64,000 bases of DNA from an uncultured Pelagibacteraceae bacterium. Lineage in GTDB: Bacteria > Pseudomonadota > Alphaproteobacteria > Pelagibacterales > Pelagibacteraceae. Positions 52,766 through 61,647 of this stretch are shown here, piece after piece (the first letter of the stretch is position 1; each line of letters opens with the position of its first letter). Below the pieces are notes generated by a model. It did not search any database, was not told the origin of the DNA, and worked only from the letters and a program-made list of their open reading frames with translations. The translations under genes and the position numbers were made by a program. The stretch lies in NCBI GenBank assembly GCA_902604355.1, contig CACKYN010000002.1, forward strand, positions 13,630-77,629, in the 5' to 3' direction.

Positions 52766-54014
52766 CGACTCTCTTTCCTAAAAGCTTGAAGTACAAAAAC
52801 ATAAAAATTAAAAGTAAAGCAACTATTACTATAGAAACTGCCGATCCCATTCCAATATCAGATATTGCAAAACCTTGTTGATAAACATTAATTGGTAAAG
52901 TTCTTGTACCTGAAGCGCCACCAGTAAGTAAGAAAACATCTTCAAACTTATTAAAATTCCAAATAAATCTTATCATAAATAAAATCGATATAACTGCAGT
53001 AATTTGAGGTAGCGTTATATTAAAAAACTTCTGAAAAGGGCTTGCTCCATCAACATCAGCTGCTTCATATAATTCTTTTGGAATAGCTTGAAGTCTTGCA
53101 AGAATAAATAAAAAAGCTAAAGGAAAATATCTCCAAATTTCAAACATGATAACTGTTGTAAGAGCTAGTCTTAGTTTAAAATCGAACCCTAATATATTAA
53201 TATTAATATATTTTTGGCCAAGTAAATTTATAGGGGTTTCAATAATTTGGTAGTTGATCAGTAAACTGTTTAAAGTCCCACTATTAGGATCCAATAAAAG
53301 TTCCCATGTATAAGCTAAAGCGACAACCGGAGCTACGTAGGGAAAAAGTAACACACTTCGCATAAATGTTCTTCCATAAAATTTTTGATTAACCATTTGG
53401 GCTGTTAAAATACCAAATATGATAGAGCCAACAGTGCCAAAAAATGTGTAGTAAAAAGTTGTCAGGAGTAGGTCAACAAATTCATTATCAAATAAAACTT
53501 TCTTGAAATTTTTTAAAGTAAAATTAGTATTAAGCAGTATGTTATCTGATGTACCGTTTAATGTAGGTTTAATTGATTTGAGAGCTTTTTTATCTATTTT
53601 TGAACCATCATTTGTTTCAAATTTTACTTGAAAATTTTCCCTATACTTTGCTGGCCAGTTTCCAAATTTACATTTTAGAGTGTACTTTTTGAATTCACAA
53701 CGTGGATCTAATTTTTCAATTTCAAAATTTTTTGGAAATTTATCTTGAAACGAAACATCCCTAATTTCTTGAATTAAAGAGCTGTTTCTTAGTTTATATA
53801 AAATCTTTATTTTAGATGTATCTTCAGAAATAGATTTAACAATTTTTTTAGCCCTTGGTTCAGGTATTCTTATATCTTTAAGCTCAACTTCTTTAAAACT
53901 AATCCACACATTTGCAAAAATAGGAAATAAAATTATTGCAAAAACTAAAGCAACCGCAGGTAATGTTAGAATGTAAGCGGTTTTCTTTTCAGTATTTGCT
54001 AAAGTGTCTTTCAT
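52755..54014 (-). CDS. Carbohydrate ABC transporter permease (MalF-like) with large periplasmic insertion
   Basis: IPKELYEAADVDGA, FNKFEDV.LLTGG. Confidence 0.9.
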   Translation of the reverse strand: MKDTLANTEKKTAYILTLPAVALVFAIILFPIFANVWISFKEVELKDIRIPEPRAKKIVKSISEDTSKIKILYKLRNSSLIQEIRDVSFQDKFPKNFEIEKLDPRCEFKKYTLKCKFGNWPAKYRENFQVKFETNDGSKIDKKALKSIKPTLNGTSDNILLNTNFTLKNFKKVLFDNEFVDLLLTTFYYTFFGTVGSIIFGILTAQMVNQKFYGRTFMRSVLLFPYVAPVVALAYTWELLLDPNSGTLNSLLINYQIIETPINLLGQKYININILGFDFKLRLALTTVIMFEIWRYFPLAFLFILARLQAIPKELYEAADVDGASPFQKFFNITLPQITAVISILFMIRFIWNFNKFEDVFLLTGGASGTRTLPINVYQQGFAISDIGMGSAVSIVIVALLLIFMFLYFKLLGKRVDEN

Positions 54015-54049
54015 AAAAAAAGCGGATAAGTAATCTTATCCGCTTTTTT
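54015..54049 (-). terminator. Bidirectional terminator-like hairpin between SBP and permease genes
   Basis: A-tract-GCGGATAAG-TAAT-CTTATCCGC-T6. Confidence 0.8.
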
Positions 54050-54064
54050 AATTAATTTAAATTA

Positions 54065-55393
54065 TTAGAAACTAGCTAATCCAGCATTTATTTTATCTAC
54101 TGCTTCATCAACTGAAATTTCATCATCAATGTATTCTCTTGTGATTCTATTTATGAATTGTGAATTAATAATTTTAGATGCTCTTGATAGCTCACCTTCT
54201 TTAACTCCCCATCTATTTGCGGTATCTAAACCAGCAACAATGTTATTAATAACATCAGGGTCATACAGATCTGACAAAGGAGCTTTTCTATCAACTCCAA
54301 CTGGCAGTTTGCTCCAAGCTTTTGTAAATGCTTCAGGATCGCTTGCATTTCCTCTTCTTACTGGAAATTTACCTTCTGGAGCAATTGATAAGGTACTTGT
54401 ATAACCTTCGTCCATTGAGTACATGATAAACTGCTTTGCTTCATCAGTATCAGCATCAGCTGTTATACCAAAGTATCTAATATCTGCCCATGCAGCACCT
54501 TTTTTGTTACTTGGTCCACTAAAATTAGTTATAAAACCAGTTTTAGATGCTAGTTCAGGAGATGTTGGATCACTATTTATAGTAGGTGGAGCTGAGTCTC
54601 TTAAACCTGCAAGCTCGTCCATAATAAATGGAGACCAAATTATCATTGGTGTCTTTCCAGCAAAATAAAGTGCTCTAGATTGTTTCCAATAAAGTTCACC
54701 CGGAGGACTTGCCTTCGCGATGACTTTATAAAACTCTAATGCTTCTTTTAATTTTTTACCTTGCTTCTTGATACCACCTTTTTTAACAATATTAACTCCA
54801 TTTGCTAAAAGAACATGTTCTAAAACTTGACTCATAAAATTCTCATCAGTTTTAGTTGCTGCTACAAAACCAAACACACCATTTACTTTTGATAATTTCT
54901 CAACAGCTTTGACAATGTTGGCGTAACTTGTTGGTGGCTCTAGATCAGCGTTTTCAAAAAGATCCTTTCTGTAAACGACCATCTGTGTCCATCCATCAAC
55001 AGGGACAGCAGCAATTTTCGATCCTGACTTAGCCATGTTAAGAGCGCCTGGAGCAAAAGTATTTTTGCCAAGTGCTTTAACCACAGCGTTATTAGCATCA
55101 ACATCTAAAATTCCAGCCTCAGCCCAAGGTAAGACATATTGTAATGTGTGATAAATCACATCTGGTAAATCACCAGCCGCTGCTGCCGCTGTTGCTCTAG
55201 TACCCAAATCTTTTTCCTCGATTGGAATCACATCAACTTTGATACCTGTTTTAGCCTCAAAAGCTTTAGCCATTTCCTCTTGCTTAGCCATTCGAGCAGG
55301 TTGGACTTCTGTAGTCCAAAATTTAATATCTGCATAAACCGTGCTTGTAATGAATAAAGATATTATGCAAAATATTTTTAATATATTTTTCAT
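54065..55393 (-). CDS. Carbohydrate ABC transporter substrate-binding protein
   Basis: Signal peptide MKNILKIF..., AAGDLPDV, YRKDLF; RBS AGGAGG before ATG 55393. Confidence 0.9.
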   Translation of the reverse strand: MKNILKIFCIISLFITSTVYADIKFWTTEVQPARMAKQEEMAKAFEAKTGIKVDVIPIEEKDLGTRATAAAAAGDLPDVIYHTLQYVLPWAEAGILDVDANNAVVKALGKNTFAPGALNMAKSGSKIAAVPVDGWTQMVVYRKDLFENADLEPPTSYANIVKAVEKLSKVNGVFGFVAATKTDENFMSQVLEHVLLANGVNIVKKGGIKKQGKKLKEALEFYKVIAKASPPGELYWKQSRALYFAGKTPMIIWSPFIMDELAGLRDSAPPTINSDPTSPELASKTGFITNFSGPSNKKGAAWADIRYFGITADADTDEAKQFIMYSMDEGYTSTLSIAPEGKFPVRRGNASDPEAFTKAWSKLPVGVDRKAPLSDLYDPDVINNIVAGLDTANRWGVKEGELSRASKIINSQFINRITREYIDDEISVDEAVDKINAGLASF

Positions 55394-55521
55394 TTCCCCT
55401 CCTAGATTTTTTAAAAAACTACTATATTTGACAGGATGTCGCAAATATTTGATTAATACTAATTTATATAAATTATTATCTAATTTATTAAAAAATTAAG
55501 TTTCATCAATTTAAAGTTGTA

Positions 55522-56577
55522 TTAAAGTTTAACTCTAATCTTATTTTTATCAAAGATTAATAAATCCTGAAGATTAAAACCAATTTTATTTGAAATCTCC
55601 GTGTTGCTTGGAATTTTTGCATTTAATTGGTCCTTATCTTTTTTGAAGTAAATAATTTTTTCATTGCCAAGATTTTCAATCAACTCTACTTCTGGATCAA
55701 AAGTAAAATCACTTTTTTGGTTAAATTTTAAATGCTCAGGTCTAATTCCAATGTAATGTTTAGTTTTTTCAAATTTAAAATTATTAAATTTGATTTCTAA
55801 ACCAAATAATTTTAATGCATTATCTGAAATAATATTTTCTTCACTAATTTCCAGTATATTCATCTTTGGTGATCCAATAAATTGAGCTACAAAAATATTA
55901 GAAGGATTATTATATATTTCATCAGGGGTCCCAACTTGCTCAATATTTCCTTTATTAAGAATTACTATTCTGTCGGCTAAGGTCATTGCTTCCACCTGAT
56001 CATGGGTTACATAAATCATATTAGTCTTAATTTGATTATGTAGTTTTGATATTTCAACTCTCATTTCAGCTCTTAGCGCTGCATCTAAATTGGACAAAGG
56101 TTCATCAAAGAGAAATATCTTTGGATTTCTTGTTATTGCTCTACCAATTGCAACTCTTTGTCTTTGTCCACCAGATAATTCCTTTGGACGCCTATCTAAA
56201 AGCTCTTCTATTTTTAAAATCTTTGCAGCTTCTTTTACTTTTGAAGCAATTTCTTCTTTTGGTCTTTTCTCAATTTTTAATCCGAATGACATATTCTCAA
56301 ATACGTTCATATGCGGATAAAGTGCATACGACTGAAATACCATAGCAGTTTGCCTCTTAGAAGGATGAAGTTCGTTTATCTTTTGATCATTTATAAATAT
56401 TTCACCATTGTCAATTTTCTCAAGGCCAGCAATCATTCTTAATAATGTTGATTTTCCACATCCCGATGGTCCCACTAAAACAAGAAATTCATCTTCTTTA
56501 CCCTTTAAATTAAAATCTGAAATTATCTTATTTGAACCAAAGGATTTATGAATTCCTTTAAATTGTATGTTTGCCAT
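55522..56577 (-). CDS. Carbohydrate ABC transporter ATPase (MalK/UgpC type)
   Basis: GPSGCGKST, LSGGQRQR, DEPLSNLD, YVTHDQVEA. Confidence 0.95.
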   Translation of the reverse strand: MANIQFKGIHKSFGSNKIISDFNLKGKEDEFLVLVGPSGCGKSTLLRMIAGLEKIDNGEIFINDQKINELHPSKRQTAMVFQSYALYPHMNVFENMSFGLKIEKRPKEEIASKVKEAAKILKIEELLDRRPKELSGGQRQRVAIGRAITRNPKIFLFDEPLSNLDAALRAEMRVEISKLHNQIKTNMIYVTHDQVEAMTLADRIVILNKGNIEQVGTPDEIYNNPSNIFVAQFIGSPKMNILEISEENIISDNALKLFGLEIKFNNFKFEKTKHYIGIRPEHLKFNQKSDFTFDPEVELIENLGNEKIIYFKKDKDQLNAKIPSNTEISNKIGFNLQDLLIFDKNKIRVKL

Positions 56578-56674
56578 GTCTCATATCAATTATTTTAATG
56601 ATGTAGATTAATTTATTTTAATAAATCAGGTATATCAATTAGAAAAATTTTTTAGCAAAATTGTCTTTGGCTAA

Positions 56675-57895
56675 TTAAAGATAGTGTCTGTTGTCTTCAT
56701 TAACAGCTTTTTCCAATCTTATTAAAAAATCTGGTATTGCACTTTTAACTCTACTCCATGTAGGAATAAAAGGAGCATCCATTGGGTTTAGATAAAAATC
56801 CTCTCCAGCTCTTATGATATTACTTGAAAATAATTCAACAGCTTTTTCTTCAGTGTGGGAGTCAAATTTTAAACCATTTATTTCAGCATCAGCTCTATAA
56901 GCGTCTATAAGATCTAAAGCAGATCGATAATATGTTGCTTTTAATGATCTTAATTGTTCTCTACTAAATGAATGACCTTGTGTTGCTAATTTTTTAATAA
57001 AAGTTTTTATGATATCTATAGACATTCTTGATAAGCCTTTTTTTTCATCATCTAGAGATAAATCTTGGTGCTTATGATCATACGTATCAGCTAGATCTAC
57101 CTGGCAAATATTTTGAGGTGAAAAATTTCTCTGCATTTCTGATAAAATTCCTATTTCAATACCCCAGTCTGATGAAATTCTAAGTTCAGGTAAGATATTT
57201 CTTCTAAATGAAAACTCGCCTGCAAGAGGATATTTAAAAGATTTCATAAAATCTAAGTAATCACTTTTGCCAATAGTTTTTTCTAAAGCATTTAATAATG
57301 GAAACACTAATAGTCTTGCTACTCGTCCATTCATTTTATTATCAGCCACTCTTGGATAAAAACCTTTACAAAATTCAAAGTTAAAAAGGGGGTTTACAAC
57401 TGGATAAAATAATTTTGCTAACATCCTTCTGTCGTAAGTTTTTATATCACAATCATGTAATGCGACAGATCGTGCACTATCTCGTGCAATAGACATTCCT
57501 ATGCAATACCAAACGTTTCTTCCTTTACCATATTCATTTGGTGCTAATCCTTTTTTTTGTAACTCTTTATCTAATTTTTTTAAATTAGGACCATCGTTCC
57601 ATAAAATAGTAAAAGGAGTTTCTAATTTTTCAAAAAAAGTCCAAGCCTTTCTCGCTTGTGACTCACTTGCTTGATCTAAGCCTATGATTATATGATGTAT
57701 GTAATTAGTTTTTGATATCTCTTCGACAATCTTGGGTAACGCATCTCCCTTTAATTCTGAATAAAGACATGGCAAGATAAGCTCCATCTTTCTCTCTTTA
57801 GAAAAACCTAAAAGTTCCTTTTCTATTTGCTCTGAAGACTTTGTTCCAAAATCATGAAGTGTTGAAATTATTCCATTTTGAGAAAAATCACTCAT
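56675..57895 (-). CDS. gpgS: Glucosyl-3-phosphoglycerate synthase-like glycosyltransferase (cyanobacterial/proteobacterial GpgS type)
   Basis: DF.QNG.I.TLH, GKGRNVW, LHDCDI, YPLAGEF, DWG.E.G.L.E, YDHKHQ; adjacent MPGP-family phosphatase. Confidence 0.75.
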   Translation of the reverse strand: MSDFSQNGIISTLHDFGTKSSEQIEKELLGFSKERKMELILPCLYSELKGDALPKIVEEISKTNYIHHIIIGLDQASESQARKAWTFFEKLETPFTILWNDGPNLKKLDKELQKKGLAPNEYGKGRNVWYCIGMSIARDSARSVALHDCDIKTYDRRMLAKLFYPVVNPLFNFEFCKGFYPRVADNKMNGRVARLLVFPLLNALEKTIGKSDYLDFMKSFKYPLAGEFSFRRNILPELRISSDWGIEIGILSEMQRNFSPQNICQVDLADTYDHKHQDLSLDDEKKGLSRMSIDIIKTFIKKLATQGHSFSREQLRSLKATYYRSALDLIDAYRADAEINGLKFDSHTEEKAVELFSSNIIRAGEDFYLNPMDAPFIPTWSRVKSAIPDFLIRLEKAVNEDNRHYL

Positions 57896-57903
57896 AATGA
57901 ACC

Positions 57904-58701
57904 TTAGTAATTTTTATTTATTTTAACCAGAGCCATTTTGATCACATCTGCCCAGCCTTCAGGTGATGGCTTATTTGTTGTTATTAAATCATTTATAGGG
58001 ATTTGATCTAATGTAAATTTATCATTAAAGACAAGACAAGGAAAATCACTAATTTTAAGCATATCTAAATCGTTGTAGTTATCACCAACCGCAATTGTTT
58101 TTACATTTTTATTATTTTTTTTAAAAAATCTGACAAATACTTGAAGTGCTTTAGCTTTATTTACTTTATCAGTTAAATTAATAACTCTTCCACCTTCTTG
58201 TAAAGATAAACCTTTTTTTTTAACAATTTTGAATAACTCATTTTTTTCATTTTTGTTTCCCTCGAATATAAAAGGAATAGTGTATTTGCGATTTAAAGCC
58301 ATTTTGAGCTTTTCGTCTTCTAAACCAAAAATTTTGCTTTGTTTCTTTTTATCCATCTCAGATAACCATTTACATTTAATTTGTAAATTTTCTGGGACTG
58401 ATTTTTTAAAAATTTTTATTAAATTATCTTTTTCTCTACTTAGAATTAATTCTTTTGGTAAATTAGAATTTAGTAGTTCTAAACCTTTAATAGCTGCTCC
58501 ATTTTCACAAATATAAGGTAAACTTGAACCTAGCTCATTGTTAAATTCTAAAATTTCCTTCTCTGTTTTGCTAGTATTAGGTATGATAAAAATACCTTTA
58601 GAAATTAGCTGTTTTAGATAGTCTTTTATTTCATCAAATTTGAAAGTATCTCTATGAAGAAGTGAGCCATCAAGATCGGTAAATATTAAAATTTTTTGCA
58701 T
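57904..58701 (-). CDS. gpgP: Glucosyl/mannosyl-3-phosphoglycerate phosphatase (HAD-IIB)
   Basis: IFTDLDGSLL, TSKT..E, ENGA, GGR, GD..ND..ML, P.GW. Confidence 0.8.
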   Translation of the reverse strand: MQKILIFTDLDGSLLHRDTFKFDEIKDYLKQLISKGIFIIPNTSKTEKEILEFNNELGSSLPYICENGAAIKGLELLNSNLPKELILSREKDNLIKIFKKSVPENLQIKCKWLSEMDKKKQSKIFGLEDEKLKMALNRKYTIPFIFEGNKNEKNELFKIVKKKGLSLQEGGRVINLTDKVNKAKALQVFVRFFKKNNKNVKTIAVGDNYNDLDMLKISDFPCLVFNDKFTLDQIPINDLITTNKPSPEGWADVIKMALVKINKNY

Positions 58702-58735
58702 GTTAGGTAATTATGGAATAATAACATTTATGGTC

Positions 58736-59662
58736 ATGAAAAAAATTATTTCAATAGTTATATTTTTGTTAATCTCTACCCATACTGCAGTAGCTGTTGA
58801 AAAATTTAAGTTCAAATATAACTTGCATGAAAATTTACCAAAGAAATGGGTTACTGAATTTAATAATATAATTAATATTGTTCAAGAAGTTATGCCTATA
58901 AATGAGAACACTAACCATTGGGTTAAGAATAATATGACATTGATGAACATGAAACAGGGCTATGGAATGGATATCTATGCATGGAAAAGAACAAAAAATC
59001 CTTTTCCTGAAAAGCGAGCTAATATGAAAGGCTCATGTATTTGTGAGACTAATTCTCCAGCACCATGGGTGCAACTAGACATAAACCCAAAAGATTTAGC
59101 AGACTCAAGAAATAGAATTCGTACTTACTCTGTTATTGTTCATGAGTATTTTCATGTTTATCAAAGAGCACTTTCTCATGACAAATTTTCAGATAGAAAC
59201 TCTCCTAAATGGTTATTTGAGGGTGGTGCTAAGGTTCTACAAGAAATTTATGCTAGACAATATTATAAAAAATATCTTTTAAAGAGCGACCTTCAGGAAC
59301 AAAAGAGATGGAGTATTAAAAAGGTTTCTAAAGAACCTAACTTATATGAAAAATATAACACATCACCACAAAAAGATGGATTTGATAGCAATTACGCTGG
59401 CTCTGCTTTTATATTGCTGGCTTTAGTTAATGAGTTAAAAAAAAATAATATTTCTGAACAAAAAGCATTTGAGTTAGTTTTTAGAGAATTCTGGATACAG
59501 AGGGCTAAAAAACCTCAGGGCTGGAATTGGCAACCAGCTTTTAAGAATACTTTTGGAATGACCGTACCTGAATTTTATGAAAGATTAAGTAAATACAAAA
59601 GAAAAGATCTTAAAAAAATACTCCCAAGTAAGTCTTTAAAGATACAGGATATTTTTAGCTAA
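58736..59662 (+). CDS. Secreted hypothetical protein with HExxH zincin-like motif
   Basis: Signal peptide MKKIISIVIFLLISTHTAVA; VHEYFH then WLFEGGA. Confidence 0.6.
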   Translation: MKKIISIVIFLLISTHTAVAVEKFKFKYNLHENLPKKWVTEFNNIINIVQEVMPINENTNHWVKNNMTLMNMKQGYGMDIYAWKRTKNPFPEKRANMKGSCICETNSPAPWVQLDINPKDLADSRNRIRTYSVIVHEYFHVYQRALSHDKFSDRNSPKWLFEGGAKVLQEIYARQYYKKYLLKSDLQEQKRWSIKKVSKEPNLYEKYNTSPQKDGFDSNYAGSAFILLALVNELKKNNISEQKAFELVFREFWIQRAKKPQGWNWQPAFKNTFGMTVPEFYERLSKYKRKDLKKILPSKSLKIQDIFS

Positions 59663-59756
59663 CAATCAGCGTCTAGAAAGATAAAATAAATAAATTTTAC
59701 TTATTCCTCTTGTTCAATTATAAATATTGGCATAAACACTCATGAAATTCATTAAT

Positions 59757-59796
59757 GCCCTCGTGGTGAAATTGGTAGACACAAAGGACTTAAAAT
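59757..59796 (+). tRNA. tRNA-Leu(TAA), 5' half only; left attachment junction
   Basis: GCCCTCG-TG-GTG-AAATTGGTAGA-CAC-A-AAGGA-CTTAAAA-T, then ATTCC instead of CCTT; no T-arm or acceptor 3' strand; integrase follows. Confidence 0.85.
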
Positions 59797-59824
59797 ATTC
59801 CAGTCTTTCAATTTAATTAATCCT

Positions 59825-59850
59825 CACTGACCCACAGCGACCCAGGACCC
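59825..59850 (+). repeat. Tandem 10-bp direct repeats, candidate integrase arm-type sites
   Basis: CACTGACCCA/CAGCGACCCA (8/10 identical) plus a third GACCC, between att core and integrase. Confidence 0.45.
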
Positions 59851-59895
59851 TTATAAATATTAGCCTTCTTGTTTTGGTTGATTATATCTCAAACT

Positions 59896-61464
59896 ATGAG
59901 ACCGAAACTAAATGATAAAAAAGGAACACACCAGTTCCACACAATACAATTCACCGATAAGGCGATAATTAATCTTAAATACAATAAGAAGACCGAGAAG
60001 AGACAAAGAATAAGAGTTAAGTTAAAGAATGCCCCTAGAGGTATCTCTTTGAGATGGACACCTATAAGTAATAAAAAGGTATTCCAATTAGAGTTTAGGT
60101 TTAGAGGTAAGAAGTATAGACACGATTGTGGAGTGTTTACACCTGGAGTTTACACTTGTAATTCTCTTATGGATTACATGGTGAAGCTCAATGAGAAACA
60201 CCTGGACACAGAAGGAAACTATAAGACTAATCCTAATGTTGATGTCATTACAAAGAAACAATTAAAGAATTCACAATTAAAAACTTGTAGAGAATGTATA
60301 GAGTTAATCCACAAAGATAATTACCCTAGGAAAAAAATAGAAGGAAACTTATCTGCGTTGTCACAAAAGGACCACTCCAGGTTTCTACTAGGTTATAACA
60401 AAAGAAGAGACCACATCACCTTTATAGATAATAATAAGGGATGGGGTGAAGCTATATTTAAAGATAAGTCCTCAATAAAAGACTGGGATACATTATTCAA
60501 AACATATCCTAAAGGTGTTGGTGTTGAACCTGGTGATGAAACCAGTGTGTACGATAGTTATTTGGGTGATGTAATAATTGATGATTTAAACCCTGGTGCC
60601 ATTGAGATTTACCTTAATGAGAAGACTAGAAGTTATGGCCAAAAGGAAAACATAAGGAAGGCTTTAGCTTGTTTGTGGGGTTATGCGAGAGAAAGAGGTT
60701 TTATGGGTCCAAACCCTCCATTAAATCCAACAAGAAAAGAGAAGGGTGGAATTACAATTAAAAAAGCTGAAGAGAGTTTATGGGTGGGGAGTAAATACAA
60801 TGAGCTTTCTTTTGATGTCACACAATTAGAAGCCATTGATAATGCCTTGTTTACATTAAGAGATAAGTTTCCATTTCAATCTGAATGTTTACGACTGATG
60901 TTGCACACTGGAATGAGAGCTGAAGAGTGCAAAAAGATAACTAGAGAGATGATAACTACTGATGAAGATGGTGACCCAATAATATTATTAAAAAGGTATA
61001 TTGCCAAAGGCAGAACCCAACAACAACAAAAGGATATTACTTACGATATCACCACACCAATAAGAGAAGTATTAGATAGTGTTAAATACCAATTAGATAA
61101 ACCTAAATATAAACCTTATCAGTTTGTCCCTTGGTTATTTCCAACAACAAGAATATCTATTGAGAAACTATCTGACCCTGACAAATACCCTGGTTATGCA
61201 GTGTCACATAATTGCAGAATAAAAAGCCTGGATGATTGTTGGGAGGCAGTAAGAGAGATAACTAAATTAGAAGGCAGTATTAAAACTTTGCGTAAAGCCT
61301 TTGTGAACCTGGCCAATGAGACACTTGGAGGTGCACATAAAGGTAAATCTGTGAGTAAACATAAGACTGAATTCACAAATAGTAGTGCTTATGATAAATC
61401 CAGTAGAAAGAACACCAAGAAGATGGCACAAAAAGTTGGCCAGGTGTTGACCTTTAAGAGATGA
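59896..61464 (+). CDS. int: Tyrosine recombinase/integrase with P4-like arm-binding N-terminus
   Basis: TGMRAEE (R), IAKG (K), KTLRK (H-x-x-R variant), SKHK (H), SAYD (Y); N-terminal FTDKAI...GISLR...KVFQLEFRFRGK; start ATG 59896 or TTG 59869. Confidence 0.88.
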   Translation: MRPKLNDKKGTHQFHTIQFTDKAIINLKYNKKTEKRQRIRVKLKNAPRGISLRWTPISNKKVFQLEFRFRGKKYRHDCGVFTPGVYTCNSLMDYMVKLNEKHLDTEGNYKTNPNVDVITKKQLKNSQLKTCRECIELIHKDNYPRKKIEGNLSALSQKDHSRFLLGYNKRRDHITFIDNNKGWGEAIFKDKSSIKDWDTLFKTYPKGVGVEPGDETSVYDSYLGDVIIDDLNPGAIEIYLNEKTRSYGQKENIRKALACLWGYARERGFMGPNPPLNPTRKEKGGITIKKAEESLWVGSKYNELSFDVTQLEAIDNALFTLRDKFPFQSECLRLMLHTGMRAEECKKITREMITTDEDGDPIILLKRYIAKGRTQQQQKDITYDITTPIREVLDSVKYQLDKPKYKPYQFVPWLFPTTRISIEKLSDPDKYPGYAVSHNCRIKSLDDCWEAVREITKLEGSIKTLRKAFVNLANETLGGAHKGKSVSKHKTEFTNSSAYDKSSRKNTKKMAQKVGQVLTFKR

Positions 61465-61616
61465 ATAAGAAGGCAACAAAACCTTATCCCTTCATCATAA
61501 AAAAGAATGGAATTTTATATAAGCTAGTTTGTTTCTATGGTCGTTGCTATTTAAGAGAATGCGATAAGAATGGTAAAATATTCAAAAGAAATAATGTTGT
61601 AAAACTATTTGATTGA
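61461..61616 (+). CDS. Small hypothetical protein (51 aa), translationally coupled to int
   Basis: ATGA overlap with int stop; MNKKATKPYPFIIKKNGILYKLVCFYGRCYLRECDKNGKIFKRNNVVKLFD; below ORF-track cutoff. Confidence 0.5.
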   Translation: MNKKATKPYPFIIKKNGILYKLVCFYGRCYLRECDKNGKIFKRNNVVKLFD

Positions 61617-61618
61617 AG

Positions 61619-61646
61619 TTATCCCCTGAATTCATATAAGGGATAA
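61619..61646. promoter_or_regulatory. 28-bp palindromic operator-like site 1
   Basis: TTATCCC-N14-GGGATAA, abutting start codon 61648. Confidence 0.55.
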
Positions 61647-61647
61647 T

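Noticed and set aside
59784-59808. Group I intron in tRNA-Leu(UAA); AAGGACT...AGTCTTT resembles a P1 helix
   Set aside because: No U-G pair at the expected splice site, no recognisable catalytic core, no 3' exon; an integrase starts within 100 bp
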